Shown: positions 1 to 13,522 of the stretch, one piece after another
Layout: every line of letters begins with the position of its first letter
Position numbering within the stretch: the first letter of the stretch is position 1
Origin: Lama guanicoe
Lineage: Eukaryota
Assembly: GCA_013239625.1 (NCBI GenBank)
Contig: MU053994.1
Location: 871,775-935,774 of the forward strand
Length of the DNA stretch: 64,000 nt
Direction of reading: 5' to 3'
Translations under genes and position numbers: made by a program
The notes under the pieces: model-generated
Database searches by the model: none
Told to the model about the DNA's origin: nothing
Seen by the model: the letters and a program-made list of their open reading frames with translations, nothing else

Positions 1-178
1 AGAGTTAATGGCCTCCTGCTCATGCAAATCCTAGGGTACTCCATCATTCCATGTTAGTTTTCCTTAACCATGTCCACACCTTGGTAAATAGTCCTTTAAT
101 TAAACTGTCCTAAATTATCTTATTTGGCTTATATGACAATAAGATCATATTGTTTCCTTCTGTGACTTGACTGATGAC
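1..178 (+). mobile_element. 3' end of an ERVL-type solo LTR (LTR33-like)
   Basis: TAAATAGTCCTTTAATTAAACTG...TGTTTCC...GACTGATGACA LTR terminus pattern. Confidence 0.45.
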
Positions 179-329
179 ATGGGGTTCAGGTTTTGTCAGC
201 CTGATCCATTATAAAGGTCCCCACTGACATCCATCTAGTGATTTTAACAGCTTATGATGATTTATGCTAGAAATGCTGTGCATCAACTATGTAGTTACCC
301 TAAAACATAGCTTGTACAAGAAACAGAAT

Positions 330-1180
330 ACTGGATTCCTTCTCTTTATTAATCAATTTTAAAAATGAGTTGATGTTCTTGTAACTTCCAAAGAAGCTCA
401 CTTTTTTCAAGTATTATAAAATCATAGATATTTATGTATTTTGTGTGCTTCAGTTTTCTTTTTGATGCTGAAATTGTCCCATCTTTCACCAGCAGGAACC
501 TTTTTGTCATGACCTCAACAGACTTCGATAGCTTCCTTGCTTTCTAGAACAACGTGGCATCTCAGATTCCTTTTATACCTTCCCTGCTCCAGACTTGGAA
601 CTAAACATTACTCTAAGGAGCTCTGATTACTTTTTGTAGCAAATACTATTTAGAGACCATAATTGAGATGTTAGGGTCCTCATTCTTATTGGGTTTTCAT
701 TGATTCTACATTTTTTAAGTGAATAGAATTAGGAAATATGCATATTTCTAGAAAGTACAAAAGAAATCATGAGTTTATACTGATATTTCCAAGGCAAATT
801 TAAGTTTATAGGGCTCTTTTCGACTTTATATTTGTATCCCTTCATTTACAGTGAAAAAAATTTATTCTTAATTAAATTAACATAATTAATAATTTGATTT
901 CTCCACTTTGCATACCATAAAAGTCTCAAAAACAATATTATTATTAAGAATAAGACTACTGAGTTAGTCATTAAGTTTCAATAGCTCTGTAATGAGGGTA
1001 CCTGTTTCCCCACAGCCTCACCAATGGAGCATGTTGTCAAATCTTGAAAATTTTTGCCCCTCTGATGGGTGAGAAGTAGTATCTCAGTGTAGTTTTAATT
1101 TTCATTTCTCTTATCATGATCAATGTATCTCTGCATATGCTTAAGGGCCATTTGCATGTCTATTCGTATAAACCTCTGTC
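330..1180 (-). mobile_element. Old L1MC/L1ME 3' fragments
   Basis: Includes CTGTTTCCCCACAGCCTCACCAA...GTATCTCAGTGTAGTTTTAATTTTCATTTCTC, the antisense L1 3' ORF2 signature. Confidence 0.6.
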
Positions 1181-1229
1181 TTTATGAGACAGGAGAGATT
1201 TAGATGTTCTTCAGATAATGTAACATGAA

Positions 1230-1730
1230 TGTCTTAGGTTGCCCAGAGGCAGAGAGACAAGGATTCATGTGAAAGTGAATTATTAGGAAGTATTTCTAGA
1301 AAAAAAACAGTAGGCAAATGGAGAAACGAGACAAGAAAGGAAAGGAGGCCAAGCCAGGGTGTGATAGCAAGTAAAGTTCCAAGGAATACTGCTTTGGGTC
1401 AGTCTCAAAGGGGATTTATGGAGACAGTATAAAACCCATCTAAGAATTGTCCCCATCAGGCGGCAAGGGAGCTGGAATATTAATTCTCTTCACTGTCAAT
1501 CACTGGTTAAGGGCTGCTCTCAGGGGATACAGAATTCCCAGGCACTTCCAGCTTTCCACGTCTCCAGGCAAATCAGGCTCCAGTGGCCTGAGGGTAGTCA
1601 GCCAACTAAGAGATGTAGGTGCTGGCTGTTGGGAATGAAAATCCACATAGAGCCAAGAAGCATGGGAATGGTAAAGGGGTTAGAAGAGGGTGTGGTTATG
1701 GGAAGATCACTGGCAGCATCTGCTTCAGTG
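1230..1730 (-). mobile_element. LTR16-like ERVL solo LTR
   Basis: Starts TGTCTTAGGTTG...AGGCAGAGAGACAAGGATTC, the reverse of the LTR16 3' terminus. Confidence 0.6.
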
Positions 1731-2564
1731 TATGACTATCCACCCCGTACTCATGGAGGGTGAACACTACTATCAGGCCTGATTTCAAAACAACAGTGTC
1801 TACGATAAATGAGAGAGCATCACTGGCATTTTATTTGCTTGATTTTACTTCATAAATATTTTCTAATCACATGTGTTAAAAGAAAATTATGATGTATTTC
1901 GTACACCCAGTTTTCCCTAGACACACCGTGTTGAGTCAGATGGCTCCTATGAGGCTGCCTTAGAACTTTCACAGATGCCTAGGCTAATCCCTTTGTGTGA
2001 AATCAACATCTAGACCTGTGATGGAATTAAACCAGGATCCCCATGATACTAGAATGAGGAATAAACAGAGCCTTGTTTTCCCAACTAATGAGAACACACA
2101 GCTCTATCCCGGGTGGCTTTCCTTAGAGGTTTTGCAACTATAAGATAATCACATGCAGGCCAGAGGTGTAGTTCAACAATCCTGAATGAGAAACCAGGAA
2201 AGGAATAGAACAAAATGCCTTGCTTGAGACTACCAAGTGTATTAACCCTATGGCAAGAAGGTTACTGACAAAGTTAACAGATTTTTATCTCTTAGGCCTT
2301 TCACTCTGGACTCCAGTTTTGATTCATAGGAGGACCTAAAGGGCTATAAGATTTCAACATCTCAGAAAACAGGGAGCTGTTCTTCATTTCATTTATTTTC
2401 ATTTTTTTTCATTTCATTTATTTTCTTAATGCTTAGAATTAGTAAGTGGAAACACAGACTATGAAAGAAGAGCTAACATTAACAGATATCTACCCAGAGT
2501 GTAATTTCCTCATATCCGTAATTTTTCTCCTCCTCAATTCTAAAGTTAAACTTTGGTCAGTTTT

Positions 2565-2875
2565 AGAGTGACCTACTCATCTTGATTTGCCTGGTATTCT
2601 TGGTTTTAGCAACGAATGCCCTAAATCCAGGGTAATCTCTCAATCCAGGGCAAACTGGGATGGTTGGCCACCTTAGAAATATCTTGAATAATTCTGGCTA
2701 CAACTGATGTCTTAGGACAGAGCTACTCAAACTAAAGTGCGTCCAAATTCCCTGACAGTTTGTTAACATGCTGATTCTGATTCAAGAGGTCTGGAGTTGA
2801 GCCTATGAGCCTGCATTTCTAGTTCCCAGGTGATGCTGACGCTGCTGGTCTACCTACGTACCACACTTTGCAGGG
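2565..2875. mobile_element. MER94-like and MER5A-like hAT MITEs
   Basis: GAGTGACC...GGCCACCTT termini, then CTGATTCAAGAGGTCTGGAG...CTGCATTTCTAG...CCCAGGTGATGCTGA (MER5A motif). Confidence 0.6.
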
Positions 2876-3864
2876 CAAGGGTCAAGGGTAGGCATAATAT
2901 TGATGCCATAGTTTTACTGCAAACCTGTAACATTTGAAACTTAATTAGTTCATCTCTGCTTTTAACTTAAGGAAGAAAAAGTGGTTGTGTGATAATATTA
3001 TTCCTTTGTGAATATTCATAATGAAGAGAAAGATTAATTTACTTGCCAATAGTTCATTTGTATTTATAAAAACAGTTTAAAAGAAGGGTACTCAACTTAC
3101 AACAGAGCAAATTTTAATTGATACAAAAATTATAGATGATGTTTGTTGCTCTACTTTTTATATTGTACTGTTCACCTTTTATTTAGTTCTGTTTTTTGTA
3201 TTTGAACACATTTGAACTTCATCTTTTTAGATCATTTTAAAGTCATTAACACATCTGCATTGCTCATTCCTATCACAACCACATACAGGCACCATCTGTA
3301 CCTTCAAATGGAGTTGTGTGTTTTTCACCCTGATTTCCGTATTCCTACTTTACAGGAACATATTTCTTTATAAGTCTTGAATATTTCATATATAAGATAT
3401 GAAAGTGCTTGGTAAGGGTTCTTCCTAGATTTATTTCATCAACTCCTTATCTAAAACTTCATGTATTTACTTTTCTTTGGGCACATTTCCCAGTGGCAAA
3501 TCTTTGAACAACACACTTCATCAATGCCATGAGACAGCTTTGATTTTAGGAAAGAAAAGCTGATTTTGAGGTATTCTGACATGCCACTGCAGGCTTATTG
3601 CTATTAATCTCCAATGCCACCACTAACATAATAAACAATATCTAGATCCACACCAGAATTTTCCAATGAATTTTCTAGAATTATTTCTTGCCAGCTTTTT
3701 CACTACAGGGTGTCCACTATTAATCATATTTGGTCAAGGTTCTGTTTTAGGAGATAATTCATAGAGACAACAAACATTTATTAGTCCTAAAACAGTTAAG
3801 GAATATCCTCTCAAATCCACCAACTTCATTGGATTTCTAAATCTATTTATGGTTAGTAATTTTG

Positions 3865-3888
3865 TGTTTGTGTGTGTGTGTGTGTGTA
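3865..3888. repeat. (TG)n microsatellite
   Basis: Direct reading. Confidence 0.9.
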
Positions 3889-3959
3889 TACTAGTATGTG
3901 TATAAGTACAGTGATGTGAAAACACACATTATTTTTGCCTATAATAAAGAAAGCTAAGT

Positions 3960-4310
3960 AAGTTTATTTTATTTAAGAAATTTATAGTCTACCTTGTACT
4001 AGAAAGGATTTCACATAACTTGCATGGGTGCAATTCAACATAAAAAAATAGCAAGCATTAAAAATGGAGTGAAAAAATAAAATAAATCATAGGATAAAGT
4101 GGAACTAGGAGAAAAAACAGAAGTAGTTACAATAATAATATTTACATCTAGAGTTTAAGCTTCTAGAATTAGATATAATGTCCAAGAGATAAAAGCAGGC
4201 CAACTGATCTATATCTTGCCCAGGACTTTCAATGTAATATTTCATCTTGTTCCAACAGCATCAGTGCCAAGAATAAACTGTTTGTCTTAAGAAATGAAAC
4301 TTTTAAAATA
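3960..4310 (-). mobile_element. Ancient L2d-like LINE 3' fragment (related copies at ~27940-28480 and ~60070-60420)
   Basis: The motif CCTTGT(A/T)C..AAAG(G/A)TTT is shared by the three loci. The family name is from recall. Confidence 0.4.
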
Positions 4311-4344
4311 AACTAAATTGTCATGTTGTTTACCTACACTAAAA

Positions 4345-4700
4345 TAAATCTATTTTAAGTGTATATTTTGATGAGCTTTGATAAATTTATAAATCTGTGC
4401 AACCACCACCACAATCAAGATGCAAAGCATTTCCAAAACCTTGAAATGCTCCCTTGTACCCCGTTCTAGTCAATCTTCCCTACCTCTAGCCCCAGGCACT
4501 GATTTGCTTTCTGTTACTATAGATTAGTCTTTTCTAAAAGTCACTGAGTATGTGGTTATTTGTGTTGGGCTTCTTCACTTGAGCATAATTTTGAGATTCA
4601 GCCATGTTTTCGTGTGTATCAAAATTACTGAGTAATAGTCCATTGTGTGGATATATCACAATTTGTCTATTCATTCACCAATTGATGGACAAATGGTTAT
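4345..4700 (-). mobile_element. Old L1M 3' end fragment
   Basis: TTTTAAGTGTATATTTTGATGAG...ACCACCACCACAATCAAGATG...CCATTGTGTGGATATATCACAATTTG. Confidence 0.75.
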
Positions 4701-4719
4701 AAAAGAAGGAAATTTGAAA

Positions 4720-7017
4720 CTCTCACCAAAATGAGTATAGAGGGAACATATCTCAGTATAATAAAAGCTATTTATGACAAACCCACACCAACATGATACT
4801 CAATGGTGAAAAGCTGAAAGTTCTCCTGCTAAAATCTGGAACAAGACAAGGATACCCACTCTCATTACTTCTACTCAACATAGTATTTAAAGTCCTACCC
4901 AGAGTAATCAGACAAGAAAAAAAATAAAAGGTATCCAAATCAGAAGGGAAGAGGTAAAACTGTCACTATTTGCAGATGAAACAATATTCTGTATAAAAAG
5001 TCCTAAAGACTCCACACAAAAACTATTAGAATTGATAAACAAATTCAGCAAGGTAGGAGGATAAAAGATTAACATATAGAAATCTGCCACATTTTCTTAC
5101 ACTAATAATGAAATATTACAAAGAGAAAGTTTAAAAAAATCCCTTTTAAAATTGCATCAAAAAAAAAAAACAAACAAACAACCTAGGAATAAATCTGACC
5201 AAGGATATGAAAGACATACACTGAGGACAACAAAACACATATAAAGGAAACTAAGATGATTCAAAGATACAAAAAGATACCCTATGCTCTTGGATTGGAA
5301 AAAATTAATGTTGTTAAAATGGCCATACTACCCAAAGCAACCTACAGATTTAATGCAATCTCTATCAAATTACCTATGACATTTTTCACAGGACTAGAAC
5401 AAATAATCCTAAAATGTATATGGAGCCACAAAAGACTCAGAATTGCCAGAGCAATCCTGAGGAAAAAGAATAAAACTGGAGGCATAACCCTCCCAGACTT
5501 CAGTCAATACTACAAAGCTACAGCAATCAAAACAGCATGGTACTGGCACAAAAACAGACATATGGATCAATACAACAGAAAAGAGAGCCCAGAATAAAAC
5601 CCACACATCTATGGTCAATTAATTTTCAACAAAGGAAACAAGAATATACAATGGAGAAAAGACAGTCTTTTCAGCAAGTGGTGTTGGGATAGCTAGACAG
5701 CCACATGTAAATCAATGAAGTTAGAATACTCCCTCACACCATACACAAAAATGAACTCAAAATGCTTTAAAGACCTAAATAAAGACATGACACCATAAAC
5801 CTCCTGAAAAAGAACATAGGAGAACATTCTCTGACATAAATTGTAGCAATGTTTTCTTAGGTCAGTCTCCCAAGGCAAAAGAAATAAAAGCAAAAATAAA
5901 CAAATAGGACCTAATTAAACTTAAAGGTTTTTTCATAGTAAAGAAAGCCATAAACAAAATGAAAAGACAACCTACAGAATAGGAGAATATATTTGCAAAC
6001 AATGTGACTGAAAAGAGATTAATTTCCAAAATATAAAAACAGCTCATATGGCTCAATATTGAAAAAAACACAATCCAATCAAAAAATGGGCAGAAGATCT
6101 AAATAGATATTTCTCTAAAGAAGACATACAGATGGTCAACAGGCACATGAAAGATGCACAATAGCACTAATTATCAGAGAAATGCAAATTGAAACTACAG
6201 TGAGGTATCACCTCACACCAGTCAGAATGGCCATCATTAAAGTCTATGAATAATAAATGGTGGAGAGGGTGTAGAGAAAAGGGAACCCTCCTACACTGTT
6301 GGTGGGAATGTCAGTTGGTGCAGGCACTATGGAGAACTGTTTTGAGGTTCCTTAAAAACTAAAAATAGAGTTACCATATGATCCTGCAATCCCACTCCTA
6401 AGCATATATATAGAGAAAACTCTAATTCGAAAAGATACATGCTCCCCAATGTTCATATCAGCACTATTTATAATTGCCAAGACATAGAAGCAAGCTAAAT
6501 GGCCATTGACAGATGACTGGATAAAGAAGATATGATATATATATACACACACATACACACACACAGTAGAATATTACTCAGCCATAAAAATGAAATAATG
6601 CCATTTGTAGTAACATGGATGGACCTAGAGATTATCATACTAAGTGAAGTTAGTCAGACAAAGACAAATACCATGTGATATCAATTATATGTGAAATCTA
6701 AAAAAAAGTGATACAAATGAACTTATTTACAATACAGAAACAGACTCACAGACATAGAAAACTTATGGTTACCAAAGAGGAAAATGGAGGAGGGATAAAT
6801 TAGGAGTTTGGGATTAACAGATACACATTACTATATATAAAATAAATAAACAACAAGGACTTGCTGTATAGCACAAGGAACTATATTCAATATCTTGTAA
6901 TAACCTACAATGGAAAAGAGTCTGATAAAGAGTATACACACACACACACATAAAACTGAATCACTTTGCTGTACATCTGAAACTAACACAACATTGTAAA
7001 TCAACTATACTTCATAA
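4720..7017 (+). mobile_element. 5'-truncated artiodactyl-type L1 (3' ORF2 and 3'UTR) with a perfect 19-bp TSD
   Basis: ORF2 peptide [25 protein letters not shown]...GGITLPDF (5256-5597). AAAAGAAGGAAATTTGAAA occurs at 4701-4719 and 7018-7036. Confidence 0.95.
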
Positions 7018-7085
7018 AAAAGAAGGAAATTTGAAAGAAACATAACTGTAGACCTGTTACCTTGGCTTTATGAATAACAGAAAAT

Positions 7086-7475
7086 ATAAAGAAAAATACC
7101 ATATGGTATCACTTACACGTGGAATGTAAAAAAAAAAGACATAAATGAACTTATTTACAAAACAGAAAAAGACTCACAGGCATAGAAAACAAAGTTATGG
7201 TTACCAGGGGTAAAGGAGATGGGAAGGGATAAATTGGGAGTTGGAGATTTGCAGATACTAACTACTATATATAAAATAGATCAACAAGTTTCTTCTGTAC
7301 AGCACAGGGAACTATATTCAATATCTTGCTGTAACCTACAATGGAGAAGAATATGAAAAAGAATATATGTATTTATGTGTATACCTGAAACATTATGCTG
7401 TACATGAGAAATTGACACATTGTGAACTGACTATACTTCAATAAAAAAAAAAGAAATTACAAAAGCAAAAAAAAA
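7086..7475 (+). mobile_element. Second short L1 3' end with A-tail
   Basis: AAAGAAAAATACCATATGGTATCACTT...GCACAGGGAACTATATTCAATATC...CTATACTTCAATAAAAAA. Confidence 0.9.
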
Positions 7476-8649
7476 GTGTAGTATTCTTAAGGAAATACTC
7501 TTTACATCAACAACTAAACCTCTGCCTCCTTTTCTCTCTCTGGACTGCTGCTTTTTAAATAATTAATAATAATTTTATTACACAAATATAAAATACTTTA
7601 GATTTATGTAAATTATCTTTGGCAGAAATCAAAGCATGTCATATTTATCACCTTTGGCTCACATATCATCCCTGAGTGGCAAGCAGATGGCAGAATCTAT
7701 TATCCTCCCTCAAATGAAAAGGAAACTTCTGGAAGTAAACTAATATATTGAGCTATCGCAGAAATCTGGGACTGAAATTAGGAACACACTATAGATTTCC
7801 CATCCCCAAAGTTACTCCTCTACTCTCTTCCTGTGCCCCTATCCAGAAAGGGTGGAGGTGAGGCGTATGGGCTGAATAGCCCCCTTCCCCTATTCCCAAA
7901 CCAATCAACTCTTCTCACTTCAATCCAAGAAGCTGATCTTTAGCTTGTTTTATCTATAGAATTTCCATGTAAGATTTTATTTGCTAAAATTGTTCTCAGG
8001 TTAAAAAAAATATTGAAAACCCATTGAATCAAAGCCCCAGGAAAATGAGGATTTTCTTTGTTTTAAAATACAAACTTTCAATGATATAATAATGCCTTCC
8101 ACTTATGTGACACTTCTACTTCTTTATAGAGCTTTCATAGACATTTCATTTGGCCAGAAGAACAAACTTAATCAATAAAGGCAATTAATTAAGACTCTGC
8201 ATTCACAAATGTGTTAAGTTCAGTTAACATTTAATTTTCTTTGTTAACGGGAAATGGACCCAATATGTATGTACAAAATCCACACACAAACTAAAAACTT
8301 AATTAGAACAAGTGGTTTCTAATGTCTTTCTCTTTAAACTTTGGCTGGAGGTCCTAAAAAGTATCCACAGTGGAGGAGAAACCCCCGTAATGTATGTGGG
8401 TTTTATTTCCTGTCTCTCCTGCAGGAGAGCCATGGTGAAAAAGTGAAGTAAGAATCTTGAGAAAGTAGACTTTTTTAACCCTCAAAAAATAACTTTCCAA
8501 AAATGAATTGCCAAAATTTCACATGATAAAAGCACATTTTGAAAAAATGACTTAAAAATCTTCTGATGGGCAGATATTAAAACATCAACAAAAGCATAGC
8601 TTAATTTTGGGCCATTACTGAGACCAAGAGGAGAGGCAGGCCACAGCTA

Positions 8650-9115
8650 TATGAGTGACAATTGGCCCCAGTTCACCTGGACAGTTACAGTTAACAACTG
8701 TTATCCTGGCATAATTGTTAGTAGCTCCCTCTTTCGCTTTCACAAGCGTCCTGATTTGGACAATAAATTATATGGTTATCCAAGCTATAAGGAAACAACG
8801 CTAAAGCACAGATGACCGAAATGGGAACATTTCCTACCTTTTTTCCATTTCTCCTTCCCCCACAGATGTTCAAACTGACATCATGCACAATCTAAATTAC
8901 AGATATGAGACTTCCACTCTCTTCTATTCATTTTGACCAGTGATTTGCAACCCTGTGTGTTCACTGGAATCACTGAAAAAATGAAAAATACTGATGCCTG
9001 AGAAACACTTTGGAACAATTTAATCAGTGTATTCAGAGGTAAGGCCTAGTCATCAATACTGTCTCAAAGCCTCCGGGATAATTCTCATGTGCAGCCAGGG
9101 TTGAGAACCACTGAT
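8650..9115. mobile_element. MER81/MER94-like and MER5A-like hAT MITEs
   Basis: GAGTGAC...TATATGGTTATCC, then CAGTGATTTGCAAC...GGGTTGAGAACCACTG. Confidence 0.55.
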
Positions 9116-11199
9116 TCTGACAGTAATCAAGTAATTATTTCTATTATAAGGCACCTGATATTCTGAGTGATCTATGAAACTTAACATCTCCTTGGGGAAG
9201 AAGGATGTCCCTGCCCACCACCCTTAATCAAGGCATTATCCCTTTTGCTCCATCCTCTGGGTGGCCAAAGGTCCTGTTCATTCTTGTTATCCTCTGTTCA
9301 CACAAGGATAAATCATTCTACTTTTTCCTCTGAAAACTTCAATGCCTGCAGTGATAATATAACAAAGATTGAACTATAATAGTCCAAATAAAGAGCTCCT
9401 TTGTCCTGGGATAAAGGCACTTGAAGTGATAAGTGAAAAAGGCATTTGAAGGGACCTTCAAGTTGGCCACTGATTATTTGATGGAAGCTCTGACATTCTG
9501 AAAGCTTAGCAACCGAAGCTAGGTGGCAGTCCTGCTTAGGCAATTAAAGGAGACACCAGAAAGACAATTAATTATAAAGAAGATCCACACAGAAGGAAAC
9601 TAAAAAGAAGTTACCACCAATTTAACACCAGCATGAGATCATGGGCAGAACTAACTTGCTAACGTCATGTCTTCAAATATAGTCCTCCTTATCAAAGTTG
9701 GGGAATTTCCCTAAAATTGTGGGCAACTCTTGAATTTTTGGATGTTTCTCAAAATTCTCCATAGCTTCTTCACATTCCAGGCTTCTGGAGATTGCTCCTA
9801 TCACTTCTTTTCAGGCTAGTAGTCTATAAATGGACACTGGTTAAACATTTATCTTACTCCTAGAAAATGAAAGAATGTCAAGAGGTTATGGAGAATATTG
9901 AGAAGCATCTGAAATGGTAATGTATGTTACAGATACCCAAAACAGTAACAAAATGTGATTCTTTCAAAAGAACAATATCTATATGCCTATAAAGATACCT
10001 ACCAAAATATTAATAGCATTTATCTCCAAGTCAGGGGATTTGTGGAGATTTTTATGTTCTTTTTCATTCTTTTCTGTCTTGTTTAACTTGTTTTACAATA
10101 AACACATGTCCTTTTATTTTAAAATTTTACTGTTTTTATGGGAGTCATAATGTCCCTCAATTCACTAATAACGTCCATTAGTGATTAGACAATTAGCAGA
10201 TCATGACTGTTTTCTGTCACGTTTAGTCTCAGCCCAAGGCCTACTTTACTTTAATTGATGGCTTCCCTAATTAGAGTTGTTAATGGGTGATGCCAGTGTG
10301 TGTTCATCTCAGACAATCAATAGATTGTGCTTGTATATACTCTGATTTGTAAAGCTAACCAGAAGTTGATGGGTTTTTTTTGTTTGCTATTGTTTTGGGG
10401 AATACCCATGATGAGGCTACAGTGTACTGAATTGTGTAAACTTCATGCATTCTAAAATATTTGACCAACTCTTTCTCAGAGCAGAAGTAATTTTAGAAAT
10501 TACAAGATAAATGGATATATCAGAACTAAGAGCTCAGAAAGATTGCAATTCTTCTAAACACATATTCATTTAGTTATTTGAGTGAAGCAGAGTAAATTCA
10601 GAAGTACAGTTGGGAATACAACCGACAGTAACAGTTGAGTAGCTCAATGACTGACTGACCTTTCTCAAAAATAATGCTTCAATGTATAATCAGATATTGC
10701 GTGGGATTTTCCTGTTGCCCTGGAGTTACAGTTAAGGCCCAAAGTGGATAACAAAAGACTAATTACTCTAAATCTAAGTTCATCAAGCCATTTAGAGTTG
10801 GGGCTAGCCACACCCCTGAAAGGCGTATGAACCGGAGAGCAAAATAACACACACTCCCATCACCCACCCTACCCCATCTCTCTCCTAGTTAATACAAAGT
10901 GAGAACTGGGGGAAAGCCCATGGCTCTTTAGTATCTATAAAGTGAGCAGTTTTAAACCTTCACCATTACCATATATCCTTTCTCTGACTGGGCTGAGGGA
11001 GGATGCTCTCTTTGTTCAAAACCAAGATGGGAGTTTCAAGAGAATTACTCATAAAGTGATGGATGCATACTAGAAAAGGAGGCTGGAATTTCAATCTCTC
11101 ATCAGATATCTCCATACCCAGAGACTTGCTGGACTGTCCCTGTACTATTGGAGGAGGGAAATGAAAATTGGCAGGAGATGGCAAGGTGAGGGACTACCA

Positions 11200-12800
11200 G
11201 AGAGGATTCCAGGAACAAACTCCAATTAAGTTCACGTTTCCTGAGAGGGACAGAAGATGAATACCACATGAAGAGAGAGAAGATGCAACTGGGAGTTCCA
11301 GTTCTGCTGCACCACGGCAGCATGGAAGGAAACAGGCTTAGCCATCAGAAGAATATGTTGTGGCAGCAACAGCTGGAAGATCTAAAGGAACTACCTAGAA
11401 TGTAGCTCAGAGACAGGATTTTAAAAACTATAAAAGAAAAATTAAATGACATGGAGGAAAGGAAATTCAGGGAAACTGCTAAACTTTTAACTCATGAATT
11501 ATTAATTCTTTCAGAGTTTCTACATAGATAATCACATCATCTGCTATAATGGCAGCTTTCCCTTTTTTCAATTCTCATACATTAAATTTTCTTCTTGTTT
11601 TATTGCACTGGCTAGCACGTCCGGTACAGCTGAACAGAAGTTGTGATAGAAGGCTGCTTTGGGTTTTCTTTTTATCTGATCTTAAAGGTAATTCTTTCAT
11701 TTTGTCACCATTGAGTGCAATAATTGCTGTCAATATTGATAGATGTCTTTTATCAGGTAAGAGAAGGTTCTTTTATTTCTAGTTTGCTGACTGTTATGAG
11801 TCTGTACTTGACTTTATTATCAGATTGATTTTCTATATCCATGTGGTTTTTCACTTTTAAATTATCAATGTGGTAAATTACATTGATCAATTTTCTAATA
11901 TGAAATTAATGTTACATTTCTGGAATAAACTAAACATAGTAATCTTTTTAAAACTTGCTAAATTTAGTTTGTTAATGTAGTGCTTTGGGTTCCTATGTCT
12001 ATATTCATCATTGAGAACAGCCTGTGATTTTCCTTTCTTGTACTATCCTTGATTTGTGTTTGGAATCAAGGTTGTGGTAGCCTCACCAATGAGCTGAGGT
12101 GCATCCCCTCTTCCTCTGCTTATCTTATGGTCTACCATATAATACGTTTTTATAAGTGTTCCCTATATGCTTGAAAAAATGTGCTTTCTCTAGTTTGGGC
12201 ATGCAGTATCCCATGAATGTCCAGTCCACTGGACCAAGGTTACTGATTGTCATATTCAAATCTTCCCCCCAAATGGATAAAAGTCTACTGCATTTCTACA
12301 AACAGTCAACAATCTGTTAGAAAATGTGTCTCCTCTACTTCTTGAGTTTTGTTAGTAAGTTTTTGGCTTATTGCCATATTTCACAACATTTGCAATCTCC
12401 CATCTTACTTTAGTATTTGGCATATATTTAAGAGAAGTTAATGCCTATTGCCAGTTCATTTGTCATAGAGTACCCATCTTTTGTTTGAGAAAACGTTTAT
12501 TTTAGTTTCATCAAAAATATTTCAAAGGAATATTTTTCCTGAATTCTTGTAAATCTGAAAATATTTATCTGTTGGCTCTATACTTGAACAACATTTTAGA
12601 TGGTATAATGTTCTTAGGACTCTTTTTTCCCTTAGAAGTTTATAGGCATTGATGTATTTACCCTCTTCTAGGGTTGAATATTATCAACTTTGTTTTTTTC
12701 CCTTGTAGGTGGTATAATCTTTATGTTTTACTGCCCACAGGACACTTTGTTTCTGAAGTCTAGAAAATTTACTAGGATATGTTTCATTTTTGCTCATTCT
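11200..12800. mobile_element. Cluster of degraded L1ME/HAL1-type fragments (mostly minus strand; resumes ~13345-13490)
   Basis: ATCACATCATCTGCTATAATGGCAGC...TTATTGCACTGGCTAG...TCACCATTGAGTG antisense L1 ORF2 signature. Confidence 0.6.
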
Positions 12801-13345
12801 GTCAGTCAAGGTTCAGTCATTAAAACAGACATCGTGCTAGGTATTTCAACAGAGGGGATTTAATATAGGGAATTTACATGGGTGTAAAAGGGCTGAAAGA
12901 ACAAAAGGAGAACACTGACTGGGGGAGCCCAGAGGTAATATCTGCAGGAAATATCACTTCCAAGACTGGGAAAATAAAGAGGGGAGATGATCAGAACCTA
13001 GAAGCTTGGAGAAGACCCTGCAGAGTTCAACCTCAGACCTCTGAAGAGTGTACAGTTCCTGCTGCTGCTGTTATCTCAAAGGGGCAAGTTCAGTCAGTTA
13101 TGTAAATACCAAAAGAAGCTGGAGACAGGAACCAATAAAGTATTACTGCTGGGACTATGCTAATGGGGAGTATCATATAAAGAGAAGGAAGGATGTTCCC
13201 TTCTCCTGTATTCCAATATTGGTAGAGCCTAACAAGAAACCAGCTGGCAAATGAAAAATGTAATTTTCAGAGTCTCAGCCCCAGCATCACCAAGTGGAAT
13301 ATAGAAGAAGAGTATGTTTGGAGCTGAGAGGTTAATAATTGGCAT
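12800..13345 (-). mobile_element. ERVL-type solo LTR inserted into an old L1
   Basis: TGTCAGTCAAGGTTCAGTC...GGTATTTCAACAGAGGGGATTTAATATAGGG. Flanked by direct repeat TGCTCATTC (12791-12799, 13345-13353). Confidence 0.55.
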
Positions 13346-13522
13346 GCTCATTCAGTATCAAATTTTCCTAGGATACATCATGCCATTCCCATCTGTATAT
13401 TCAAAGGCTTTTTTCATTTCAGCAATGTTTTCTTGATTTATACCTGTGATTTTTTTTTTCTGTTGTATTGTTCGGTCCTTAGGTTTTTTTTTTTTCCTGT
13501 GGTGAAAGGAAAGAAAAAAGTG

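Noticed and set aside
5256..5597. L1 ORF2-like ORFs here and at 13597, 42493, 43315 and 53005 as host genes
   Set aside because: Fragments of truncated, frameshifted L1 elements.
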